From contig CAXXDV010000001.1 in assembly GCA_963674745.2 (NCBI GenBank), forward strand, positions 2,112,001 to 2,176,000: 64,000 nt of DNA, read 5' to 3'. This DNA is from Desulfosudaceae bacterium (lineage in GTDB: Bacteria > Desulfobacterota > Desulfobacteria > Desulfobacterales > Desulfosudaceae). The position numbers were made by a program, and so were the translations under genes. Below, one piece after another: positions 37,906-47,140 of the stretch; within the stretch, counting starts at the first letter, position 1; each line of letters begins with the position of its first letter. The notes beneath the pieces are model-generated. The model did no database searches, was not told the DNA's origin, and saw only the letters and a program-made list of their open reading frames with translations.

Positions 37906-39272
37906 AAGACTATCATATATTTTTTGTCGGTATCGGCGGCATCGGTATGAGCGGCATAGCTGAACTTTTGCTGAATCTGGGATATACCGTATCCGGTTCC
38001 GACGTGCGGTCCAGCAATATAACCAGCCGGCTGACGGACATGGGAGGAACGATTTTCTACCAGCATGACCGGAACAATATCGCCGGTGTCGACGTGGTGG
38101 TCGTTTCATCCGCCATCGGTAAGGACAACCCGGAAGTCGAAGCCGCCCGTGCCGGCAATATTCCGGTGATTCCCCGGGCAGAGATGCTGGCGGAGATCAT
38201 GCGTCTGAAATACAGCATTGTGGTTGCCGGTGCTCACGGCAAAACATCAACGACTTCCATGATCGCCGGTGTTCTGGAAGAGGGAGCGCTTGACCCGACG
38301 GTGGTGGTGGGTGGCCGTCTGATCAGCGCCGGCACGAACGCCCTGCTGGGCAGCGGTGACTATATCGTGGCCGAAGCGGATGAAAGCGACGGCTCGTTTT
38401 TGAAATTTACCCCGTCTATCGCCGTTGTGACCAATATTGACCGGGAGCATCTCGATTACTACGACGGGCTGGAAACAATAAAAGGCGTGTTCCTTGAGTT
38501 TGTGAATCGCATTCCGTTTTATGGCGTGGCGGTGGTCTGCCTTGATAACGAACCGTTGCAGGAAATCCTGCCCACCATACAGAAACGGTGTATTACCTAC
38601 GGTACCAGCAAGCAGGCCGATTTCCAGGCGCGTAAGCTCAAACTGGGAAAGGGAAAAGCCTGCTTCGCCGTTTACCATTCAAACAATAAGTTGGGCGATA
38701 TCTCTCTTAATTCACTGGGGGCGCATAATGTCAGAAATGCCCTGGCGGCGGTGGTGGTCGGGATAGAGCTGGGCATCCCTTTTGAACGGATAAAACGTTC
38801 CCTGGAAACCATGACCGGCGTGCACCGGCGGCTGGAGATTAAAGGAGAGACCGGCGATATAATCGTGGTGGATGATTACGGCCACCATCCCACGGAGATA
38901 AAAGCGACATTGCAGGCGTTACGGGAAAACTGGGAAGAACAGCGCATCCGGGTTATTTTTCAGCCGCACCGGTATAGCCGGACAAAGGCCTTGTTTGATG
39001 ATTTCACACGCGCTTTTTATCAAAGTGATGATCTGATTGTTTTGCCGGTATACCCTGCCGGAGAAAAGGCAATCGAAGGGGCCGACGGGTTGGCTTTAAC
39101 TGAAGGCATTCGCGCCCACGGCCATAAAAGTGTGCGTTACGAAAAAGATCAGGCCGGCGCCTGCGCTTATCTGGAGGAAACACGCCAAAAGGGCGATATT
39201 GTAGTGACACTCGGGGCCGGAGATGTCTGGAAGGCGGGAGAGTTTCTCCTTTCCGGGCAGTGGGGAGAATGA
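37896..39272 (+). CDS. murC: UDP-MurNAc:L-Ala ligase
   Basis: GIGGIGMSG, GAHGKTST, EADESDGSF, DDYGHHPTE, FQPHRYSRT. Confidence 0.97.
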   Translation: MYLKDYHIFFVGIGGIGMSGIAELLLNLGYTVSGSDVRSSNITSRLTDMGGTIFYQHDRNNIAGVDVVVVSSAIGKDNPEVEAARAGNIPVIPRAEMLAEIMRLKYSIVVAGAHGKTSTTSMIAGVLEEGALDPTVVVGGRLISAGTNALLGSGDYIVAEADESDGSFLKFTPSIAVVTNIDREHLDYYDGLETIKGVFLEFVNRIPFYGVAVVCLDNEPLQEILPTIQKRCITYGTSKQADFQARKLKLGKGKACFAVYHSNNKLGDISLNSLGAHNVRNALAAVVVGIELGIPFERIKRSLETMTGVHRRLEIKGETGDIIVVDDYGHHPTEIKATLQALRENWEEQRIRVIFQPHRYSRTKALFDDFTRAFYQSDDLIVLPVYPAGEKAIEGADGLALTEGIRAHGHKSVRYEKDQAGACAYLEETRQKGDIVVTLGAGDVWKAGEFLLSGQWGE

Positions 39273-40222
39273 ACGGGATGTTGAACACGGAATTCAAGGT
39301 CTGGCTGCAGCAGCGTTTGCCGGGACGGGTAAAGCTTGATGAACCCATGTCCAAGCATACCTCGTTCTGTGTCGGCGGCCCCGCCGAAGTTTTCGTGTCA
39401 GTCAAAAATGAAAGGCAGTTGTCGGAACTGATCGTGGCATGTGTGGACGCGGGTATACAATATACACCGGTGGCCGGCGGAACCAACCTTCTGGTCAAAG
39501 ACGAGGGCATTTCCGGTGTGGTTATTAATATGAAGAAAGACTTGAAAGAAATAACGGTTGACCCCGGTGATGATGACAACGTCAGGATTCGGGCCCAGGC
39601 CGGTGTCAATCTGCAGACACTTTGTCGTCAGGCCATTGACAGCGGTTTTGCCGGCTTAAATTTCGCCCTGGGTATTCCCGGGACTGTCGGCGGTGCGGTC
39701 ATTATGAACGCGGGCACGTCACGGGGCGTCATGGCCGATATCCTGGAGACGGTCACCACGCTGACACCGGACGGCCGCCTGGTTGAAAAAACCGGCCGGG
39801 ACCTGGATTTTGGTTATCGCCGTTTTGCGATAAAAGGTGTTTCGCCGAAGGAAAATGAACCGATCCTGGTAACCGCCGTCAATTTGTCCTGTCGGCCTGA
39901 TGATACGAAGAAATTGCGGGAGGAAGCCCGGGATATTTTAAATGAACGTATGCGGAATCATCCCATTGGTGTTCAAAGCGCGGGATGCTTTTTTAAAAAT
40001 CCGGTCGAGGGCGAATCGGCGGGCAAGTTGATCGACCTGGCGGGATTGAAGGGCAGGCGTGTCGGTGGCGCTGTCGTATCGGACAAGCACGCCAACTATA
40101 TTGTTAATACGGGTGGGGCCACTGCCGGGGATATTCTGGAACTGATGGCCATTGTTCAGGAACAGGTAGAAGAACAGTTCGGCGTTGTGCTTGAACCGGA
40201 GGTGAAAATTGTCGGCGAGTAG
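39269..40222 (+). CDS. murB: UDP-N-acetylenolpyruvoylglucosamine reductase
   Basis: GIPGTVGGA..MNAG, SAGCFFKNP, HANY, LEPEV; ATGA overlap with murC. Confidence 0.96.
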   Translation: MNGMLNTEFKVWLQQRLPGRVKLDEPMSKHTSFCVGGPAEVFVSVKNERQLSELIVACVDAGIQYTPVAGGTNLLVKDEGISGVVINMKKDLKEITVDPGDDDNVRIRAQAGVNLQTLCRQAIDSGFAGLNFALGIPGTVGGAVIMNAGTSRGVMADILETVTTLTPDGRLVEKTGRDLDFGYRRFAIKGVSPKENEPILVTAVNLSCRPDDTKKLREEARDILNERMRNHPIGVQSAGCFFKNPVEGESAGKLIDLAGLKGRRVGGAVVSDKHANYIVNTGGATAGDILELMAIVQEQVEEQFGVVLEPEVKIVGE

Positions 40223-40241
40223 ACGCGGTCAGCTGGACTTG

Positions 40242-41111
40242 ATGATGAAGAAAGCACCCCGGAAAAACCGGAAAAAGAATGTTGCCGGTTACGGGCGGTT
40301 TGAAAAGGCCAAACCGGTCTTAAGGGTGATGGCCGTCGTGTCTGTAATGGTGGTGTTAAGTGCGGGATTCGTTTTCGGATATGGCTTCTTTATCTGTTCC
40401 GATTGTCTGCGTGTAACGGACGTCCGGGTTGAAGGCGCTTCGATCCTCAGCCGGTCGGCCATTATCCGGCGAGCGGGGATTAAGCCGGGCGACAATATTC
40501 TGGCGGTTAATCTGTCCGTGGCCAGGCGGCGGTTGCAGGCTGAGCCATGGATCAGGGACGTCCGGATCAGCCGGATATTCCCGTCAACCATCGAGATCGG
40601 GATCCGGGAACATACCCCGGTCGCGATTTTGGATTGTGAAGGCGGCCTGTTGGTTAACAGCCGGCGTCAAATTTTCAAACGTGTTGAAGCGGCAGATCCG
40701 GTATCTCTGCCGGTCATCAGTGGCGTTACACTGAATGATTTCGATAAGACCGGTCGGTCGGCCAGTCCTGCTCTTAACGATGCCTTTGATGTGATAGAAA
40801 ACCGAATGCCGGACATGAATTTTGAAAAAGTACTGGCCGATCCGGATACGGGCCTGACCCTTTATGCCTTTGGGTCCATTGACGAAGTCCGTTTCGGCTT
40901 TGATGACGATAATGATAATTACCGGAACAAGTTTCGACGGTTAAAATGTATGCTGAAGTATTGTTCCAACCGGGGAGACGCCGGTCGTCTGGCCTCCGCC
41001 GGTTTTGAGTATCCGGACCGGGTTGTGGTCAAAACAGCAGCCGGGGATTCATACGCCGCAACACTAAAAGGGGGTAACCATGAAGGAACAGGATATCATC
41101 GTCGGTCTTGA
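40242..41111 (+). CDS. ftsQ: Cell division protein FtsQ (POTRA domain)
   Basis: Basic N-terminus, TM, 'PWIRDVRISRIFPSTIEI.I.E'; lies before ftsA. Confidence 0.85.
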   Translation: MMKKAPRKNRKKNVAGYGRFEKAKPVLRVMAVVSVMVVLSAGFVFGYGFFICSDCLRVTDVRVEGASILSRSAIIRRAGIKPGDNILAVNLSVARRRLQAEPWIRDVRISRIFPSTIEIGIREHTPVAILDCEGGLLVNSRRQIFKRVEAADPVSLPVISGVTLNDFDKTGRSASPALNDAFDVIENRMPDMNFEKVLADPDTGLTLYAFGSIDEVRFGFDDDNDNYRNKFRRLKCMLKYCSNRGDAGRLASAGFEYPDRVVVKTAAGDSYAATLKGGNHEGTGYHRRS

Positions 41112-42303
41112 CATCGGCACCACAAAAATTTGTGCGGTGGTCGGAGAGCGTGAAGGCGACAAGATTAATATAATCGGGATCGGTATGCATCCTTCAGAAG
41201 GGCTGCGTAAAGGCGTGGTTGTGGATATTGAATCAACGGTTTCTTCCATAAAAAAAGCGGTCGAGGAAGCGGAACTCATGGCCGGATGTGAGATTTCCAA
41301 CGCTTATGTCGGTGTCGCCGGCGGCCATATTTCCAGTTTCAACAGCCGGGGCGTGATCGCCATTAAAGGGCGGGAGATCACCCGTGCCGATCTGGAAAGG
41401 GTGAAGGAAGCGGCCAGTGCGGTGGCCATTCCCATGGACCGGGAGATTATTCATATTCTGCCCCAGGAATATATCGTGGACGACGAGCCGGGAATTCAGA
41501 ACCCGGTGGGGATGTCCGGCGTCAGGCTGGAGGTCAAGATCCATATCGTCACCGGAGCGGTGGCTTCGGCCCATAATATTGTCAAGTGCGCCCATAGAGC
41601 CGGATTGGATGTCTGTGACATTGTGCTCGAATCGCTGGCCTCGGGCGAGGCGGTATTGACGGACGAGGAAAAAACGCTGGGCGCCGCATTGATCGATCTA
41701 GGCGGGGGGACCAGCGATCTGGCCATATTCTGCGGCGGTAATATCCGTCACACGTTTGTCCTGTCGCTGGGAGGCAATAACCTGACCAATGATATCGCCA
41801 TCGGGCTGCGGACACCGCATGCCGAAGCCGAAAAAATCAAGAAACGGTTTATCAGTCCGGAATCCGGAAAAGAGGGAAGCGGCGGTGAGATAGAGGTCAA
41901 ACGGACCGGCGGACGGAATTCGGAAATGATACCCGTCCATATCCTTAATGAAATTATTACCCCCCGGGTGGAAGAAATGTTTACGCTGATCAACCGCGAG
42001 ATTATCAGCAAAGGCGCCATAGAAGAAATGACCACCGGTGTGGTCCTGGCCGGAGGGACCGCTCTGCTGGACGGTATCTGCGAGGTGGCCGAATCCATAA
42101 TCAATCAGCCGACCCGTTTGGGACGTCCCGGCGGTATCAGCGGCCTGGTAGACGTGGTCAATAATCCCATGTATGCCACCGGCGTCGGGCTGGTGCTTTA
42201 CGGAGCAAGGAATGAATCGACCCGGAAGTTCCGGATTCGGGATACCAATATATTCAACCGTCTTATCGGCAGAATGAAAAAATGGTTCAAGGAAATTGTA
42301 TAA
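41080..42303 (+). CDS. ftsA: Cell division protein FtsA
   Basis: GLDIGTTKI, DLGGGTSD, C-terminal amphipathic helix. Confidence 0.97.
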   Translation: MKEQDIIVGLDIGTTKICAVVGEREGDKINIIGIGMHPSEGLRKGVVVDIESTVSSIKKAVEEAELMAGCEISNAYVGVAGGHISSFNSRGVIAIKGREITRADLERVKEAASAVAIPMDREIIHILPQEYIVDDEPGIQNPVGMSGVRLEVKIHIVTGAVASAHNIVKCAHRAGLDVCDIVLESLASGEAVLTDEEKTLGAALIDLGGGTSDLAIFCGGNIRHTFVLSLGGNNLTNDIAIGLRTPHAEAEKIKKRFISPESGKEGSGGEIEVKRTGGRNSEMIPVHILNEIITPRVEEMFTLINREIISKGAIEEMTTGVVLAGGTALLDGICEVAESIINQPTRLGRPGGISGLVDVVNNPMYATGVGLVLYGARNESTRKFRIRDTNIFNRLIGRMKKWFKEIV

Positions 42304-42375
42304 ACAGGCCCCAAAAGGGATCGTATTTACGTTGAATAAACATATATTAATCCACATAACCAGGAGGAGGTGCAT

Positions 42376-43551
42376 ATGACATTTTCATATGTTGAAAAAG
42401 AAAGAACGGCAAAAATAAAAGTGATCGGTGTTGGCGGCGCCGGAGGTAACGCCGTTAACAATATGATCCAATCCAATCTGCAGGGTGTTGAGTTTATTGT
42501 CGCCAATACAGATGGCCAGGTTCTCGAATCATCAGACGCTGCGATCAAAATACAGATTGGGGAAACCATCACGGAAGGCCTTGGTGCCGGCGCCAATCCC
42601 GAAGTCGGACGGCAGGCGGCCATGGAAAGTTATGACGCCCTGCGGGATGCTTTAAACGGCGCGCACATGGCATTCATAACCGCGGGTTGCGGCGGGGGAA
42701 CAGGCACCGGGGCGTCACCGGTCATCGCCGAAATCTGCAAGGAACTGGGTATTCTGACAGTGGCGGTCGTGACCAAACCTTTTTCATTTGAAGGTAAAAA
42801 AAGGGCACAGCAGGCCGAAGCCGGGGTGGCGGCCTTAAAAGGTATCGCCGACACGGTGATTACCATCCGTAACGACCGTTTACGCGCACTGGCCTCCAAA
42901 AAAGATAAAATGACCGACATGTTCAAAAAAGCCGATGAAGTATTACATCATTCCGTCCGGGGGATATCCGACCTGATAATGGTTCCCGGGCTGATCAATC
43001 TTGATTTCGCCGATGTCAAAACCATCATGTCAAAAGCCGGAATGGCACTGATGGGGATCGGCGTGGGCAGCGGTGAAAACCGGGCCATCGAAGCGGCGGA
43101 AAAGTCCATCTCCCATCCGCTTCTGGAGGATTGTTCCATTGCCGGCGCCAAGGGCGTTTTATTGAATATTACCGGCTCCAGCGAAATCGGTTTTCAGGAA
43201 GTTGAAGAGGCCTCCGATCGCATTCACGAAGAAGTCGGAGATGACACGGAAATTATCTGGGGGGCGACCATTGATGACACCCTGGGGGATGAAATTAGAA
43301 TAACCGTCATCGCCACGGGAATCGGCAGCGCAACGGATTCGATCGTTGATATCAAACGAGGCCGGGTCAGAGATGTGACCGCGGCGGATCTGGACAACTG
43401 GTCTGTGGCCAAACTCGACCAGCCGACTTTTATCCGCAAGCAGACCAGCGCAGGTGAAGGTTCGGGCGCCGCCTATCGGGGATACAAAGGAGAGGTGCTT
43501 GCCAATGATGATCTGGATGTGCCGACATTCTTAAGAAATCAGGCGGACTAA
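42376..43551 (+). CDS. ftsZ: Cell division GTPase FtsZ
   Basis: GVGGAGGNA, GGGTGTG, INLDFADV, C-terminal DVPTFLR; RBS AGGAGG. Confidence 0.98.
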   Translation: MTFSYVEKERTAKIKVIGVGGAGGNAVNNMIQSNLQGVEFIVANTDGQVLESSDAAIKIQIGETITEGLGAGANPEVGRQAAMESYDALRDALNGAHMAFITAGCGGGTGTGASPVIAEICKELGILTVAVVTKPFSFEGKKRAQQAEAGVAALKGIADTVITIRNDRLRALASKKDKMTDMFKKADEVLHHSVRGISDLIMVPGLINLDFADVKTIMSKAGMALMGIGVGSGENRAIEAAEKSISHPLLEDCSIAGAKGVLLNITGSSEIGFQEVEEASDRIHEEVGDDTEIIWGATIDDTLGDEIRITVIATGIGSATDSIVDIKRGRVRDVTAADLDNWSVAKLDQPTFIRKQTSAGEGSGAAYRGYKGEVLANDDLDVPTFLRNQAD

Positions 43552-43756
43552 GCAGTAAGGCAGTGCCCGGAACCGGTTTGCGGACAGGGTTCCGGGATGG
43601 TATCTCTCTGTTTGCCCGCATTCATTGAGCCGTTTTTCAAAAAGGGCATGCAGGCTTCGTCTGTGCAGTTGTTGTCTGCCGTACCGCACCGCCGCAGTCA
43701 TGGCTTGTGCGGCCGGTATCTGCTTTTTGATGTTAGCTGACGGTGATGTTTCTGCT

Positions 43757-44404
43757 TTATTCTGTTTTTAACTCAACTTGTTTACCGTATCTCTTTTCGA
43801 CCCCGCTGATTACCAGATAGACCGTTATCAGGCCGGCAATGGCCACGATAAACATAACCGGGTTCAGATCGGCCACGGAACTGCCCAGGACCACGGCCGG
43901 GATCGCCATCAACGCCTGGCAAGTCCAGTTCATGGTGATGTATACCGGGAAGGAAATTCCGGCCAGGGGCAGCAGGAAATTTTTGACTGCGTAAGGCAGG
44001 ACCGGGATAGACGCGATGATAAACGTAAAACGGATCTGCCGATCGGCCGGTACCTGAGGGATGGCGTAGTTCCCCCGGGCCAATACGGACCGTATGACGC
44101 CGCCGGCGACTTTTGTCAGTCCAAAGGAAACGATCATGTGGATGGGCATGGTCAAGATCATCAGGGCGATTCCCGCCACGGGTCCGAATTTTATGCCCAG
44201 TACGAGCAGGAACGGACTCAATGGAAATCCGAAGATCGGTAAAACGATCATCAGGATGATGAACAGGGACGTCGGGGTGCTTTCATCCACCATGGATATG
44301 ATTTTAACGAGCATGTCATGGCTGACAGCCGTATAACCTAAAAGCCCCAGCCCGATAATCACGACGCCCGCCAGAATGATTTTAAGGGTGTTTGATCGTT
44401 TCAT
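43757..44404 (-). CDS. VTT/DedA-like (TVP38/TMEM64) membrane protein
   Basis: Multi-TM pattern 'GFPLS...G.KFG...IPVLPYAVKN..L'. Confidence 0.8.
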   Translation of the reverse strand: MKRSNTLKIILAGVVIIGLGLLGYTAVSHDMLVKIISMVDESTPTSLFIILMIVLPIFGFPLSPFLLVLGIKFGPVAGIALMILTMPIHMIVSFGLTKVAGGVIRSVLARGNYAIPQVPADRQIRFTFIIASIPVLPYAVKNFLLPLAGISFPVYITMNWTCQALMAIPAVVLGSSVADLNPVMFIVAIAGLITVYLVISGVEKRYGKQVELKTE

Positions 44405-44574
44405 AATCCCAATGTAAATCAAGTCTCGGCAGTTGCAAAGGATTTTATAGGCAACAATATTGTGCAGACCCTGTTTCTTTAAAAAAAGGGGTCTTGGCCG
44501 TGCCGTATTTTATTGATTTTGACACGGATTACACGGATTTTTTGGATGAAATATTTTTTAAGAAAGGCCCACAT

Positions 44575-44611
44575 AAAACCTTAAAACGCTAAAACATTAA
44601 AACCTTTACCC
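44575..44611. repeat. 8-mer tract (AAAACNYT)x4 + taccc; nearby 9-mer duplication acacggatt x2 (44522-44539)
   Basis: Same unit and same 'aaaacctttaccc' end as 12411-12439. Confidence 0.75.
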
Positions 44612-44798
44612 ACAAAACAGCGCCTGTTAACTGCCGGTTTGGTTATGGGCCGGCCCGGTTGGCTCGCTGATCGGGAGATGCCCCCTTTTTTATAAGGCTG
44701 TTATAATTGACAGATTGTCGGGTTTTTACTATAAACGGCTTTATTGCAAACCAATTAAAGATGACGGGAAAAAATCGGAGGAAAGGCACGGGCATACC

Positions 44799-46025
44799 AT
44801 GATTACGATTAATGAACATTATTTGAAACTTCAGGCATCCTATCTGTTCTCGGAAATCGCTTCGCGGGTCCAAACGTTTCAGCAGGCCAATCCGGACAGG
44901 CGGATCATCAGGCTGGGTATCGGAGACGCTACCATGCCGCTTTGCAAGGCCTGCCTGGACGCTTTTCACAAAGCGGTCGACGAGATGGGCGAAGAAACCA
45001 CCTTCCGCGGTTACGGGCCCGAGCAGGGCTATGCCTTTTTGCGGGAAGCAATCGCGGCAAATGATTTCCAGGCCCGGGGTGCCGATATTAATGCGGATGA
45101 GATTTTTATCAGCGACGGCGCAAAATGCGATACCGGAAATTTTCAGGAGATTTTATCCACCGATGCCAGGGTGGCCATTCCCGATCCGGTTTATCCGGTC
45201 TACCTGGATACCAATGTAATGGCCGGCCGCACCGGTTCTTATGCAGACGGGCGCTACGAGGATATCGTTTACCTTGACTGTACGGCAGAGGACAATTTTC
45301 TGCCGGCCATCCCGGACGAGCCGGTTGATTTGATCTATCTTTGCTTTCCGAACAATCCCACCGGGGTGACCATTACCCGTGATGAACTGGCGAAATGGGT
45401 GGACTTTGCCGATCAATCCGGAGCCCTGATATTGTTCGACGCCGCTTACGAGGCATTTATCCGGGACGACAGCATTCCCCATTCGATTTATGAGGTTGAA
45501 GGGGCCAGAAAGGTGGCCGTTGAATTCAGAAGCTTTTCAAAAACAGCCGGATTTACCGGTACCCGCTGCGCCTTTACGGTGGTGCCCAAAGATTGTCGTG
45601 CCTTTGACGCTCAGGGAAGCACCGTCCTTTTGCACGCCCTGTGGAACCGCCGTCATTCCACCAAATTCAACGGGGTCTCCTATCCTGTCCAGCGGGCCGC
45701 TGAAGCCATATACAGTCAAGAAGGGAAACGGCAATGCCGGGAGACCATTGACTATTACATGAAAAATGCCGATCGCATCAGGCAGGCCATGGATGAGACA
45801 GGTTTCTCCTGTGTCGGCGGCCGGCATTCGCCTTATATCTGGGTTGACGGGAAAATGGATTCGTGGACGTTGTTTGATCGCTTACTGACCGAAGCCGGGG
45901 TGGTCTGCACCCCGGGAGCGGGTTTCGGCCGGTGTGGCGGTCAATATATCCGGTTTTCGGCCTTCAACAGCTATGAAAATGTCGATCAGGCCATGAAGGC
46001 GGTCGAATCCGCGATGCGTGTCTGA
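44799..46025 (+). CDS. dapL: LL-diaminopimelate aminotransferase
   Basis: [44 protein letters not shown]. Confidence 0.95.
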   Translation: MITINEHYLKLQASYLFSEIASRVQTFQQANPDRRIIRLGIGDATMPLCKACLDAFHKAVDEMGEETTFRGYGPEQGYAFLREAIAANDFQARGADINADEIFISDGAKCDTGNFQEILSTDARVAIPDPVYPVYLDTNVMAGRTGSYADGRYEDIVYLDCTAEDNFLPAIPDEPVDLIYLCFPNNPTGVTITRDELAKWVDFADQSGALILFDAAYEAFIRDDSIPHSIYEVEGARKVAVEFRSFSKTAGFTGTRCAFTVVPKDCRAFDAQGSTVLLHALWNRRHSTKFNGVSYPVQRAAEAIYSQEGKRQCRETIDYYMKNADRIRQAMDETGFSCVGGRHSPYIWVDGKMDSWTLFDRLLTEAGVVCTPGAGFGRCGGQYIRFSAFNSYENVDQAMKAVESAMRV

Positions 46026-46043
46026 GCATCCGGGTAAGGAGGA

Positions 46044-46871
46044 ATGAAAATGTCTCTATTTGAAGTCGATCAGGACAAGTGTAACAAAGACGGAATTTGC
46101 GCCGCCGAATGCCCTTTAAAGATAATCGATATGAAGGCAACCGGCATGCCGGCGCCGGTCTCCGGAGCGGACACCCTGTGTATTAATTGCGGCCATTGCG
46201 TGGCGGTCTGCCCTGCCGGAGCGCTTTCTCACCGATACCTGAAACCGGAAGATTGTCTGCCGCTCAATAAAGAATGGATGCTTTCGCCGGAACAGGTCGA
46301 ACATTTTCTGCGCTGCCGCCGGTCCATCAGGAATTATAAAAAGCAGCCGGTGGACAGGGCCGTTATTGAGCGGCTGATTCATATCGCCCGCTACGCGCCT
46401 TCAGGTCACAACCGGCAGCCGGTCAAATGGCAGGTGATTTACGAAGCAGATGACGTTCGTCGCCTGAGCGGACTGGTCATCGACTGGATGCGGTTTATGA
46501 TTGACAAACAGCCCGGGATAGCTGCCATGATGCATTTCGACCTGGTCGTGGGTGCCTGGGCATTAGGCGTGGATACGGTCAGCCGGGGCGCCCCCCACCT
46601 GGTGCTGGTCAATGCCGAGGCGGCCGATATTTCCGCCCAGAGCGCCTGCACCATTGCCATGACCTGTTTTGAACTGGCCGTGATGGCTTTCGGGCTGGGG
46701 GCCTGCTGGAACGGGTTTTTCAATGCCGCCGCCATGCAATGGAAGCCGCTCAAAGAGGCCCTGGGGCTTGAAAAGGGGCAGGTCAATTTCGGGGCCATGA
46801 TGCTCGGGTACCCGAAGTTCAAGTATCATCGTATGCCGGAAAGAAACGCGCCGGAGATACGTTGGACGTAG
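46044..46871 (+). CDS. Nitroreductase family protein with an N-terminal 4Fe-4S ferredoxin domain
   Basis: CxxDxxCxxxCP, CINCGHCVAVCP, RRSIR, APSGHN, LGACW. Confidence 0.92.
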   Translation: MKMSLFEVDQDKCNKDGICAAECPLKIIDMKATGMPAPVSGADTLCINCGHCVAVCPAGALSHRYLKPEDCLPLNKEWMLSPEQVEHFLRCRRSIRNYKKQPVDRAVIERLIHIARYAPSGHNRQPVKWQVIYEADDVRRLSGLVIDWMRFMIDKQPGIAAMMHFDLVVGAWALGVDTVSRGAPHLVLVNAEAADISAQSACTIAMTCFELAVMAFGLGACWNGFFNAAAMQWKPLKEALGLEKGQVNFGAMMLGYPKFKYHRMPERNAPEIRWT

Positions 46872-46881
46872 GTTTGAGGTT

Positions 46882-47114
46882 TCAGGTATCGGGTTTGGCG
46901 TGCGAGGGGCCGGGGCTCTGGTGCTTATGTGTTTATGTGGTTAGGTGTTTAAGTGATTAAGTGGTCGGGGTTTTTGGGCAGGGGTTTTTAATTTTAAGGA
47001 TTGCGGTTCGCTCATTCGTACGAACGATCCCTGTTCGTTATGCCGAAATCACCTAAACACTTAAACACATAATCACTTAACCACTTAACCACCTCAAAGC
47101 CCCGATAAGCCTGA
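46882..47114. repeat. ~230-bp imperfect palindrome built from inverted 8-mer tandem-repeat arms
   Basis: G-rich arm 46920-46965 and C-rich arm 47047-47094; outer inverted repeat cggggctctg/caaagccccg; lies between convergent genes. Confidence 0.8.
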
Positions 47115-47140
47115 TCCGCAATGCCGTTGTCGCCTGCACG

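Noticed and set aside
43552..43756. ncRNA between ftsZ and the VTT gene
   Set aside because: Hairpins (cccggaacc/ggttccggg at 43566-43596 and ccgca/tgcgg near 43692-43712) are adequately explained as terminator-type structures between convergent genes. No known RNA motif was recognised.
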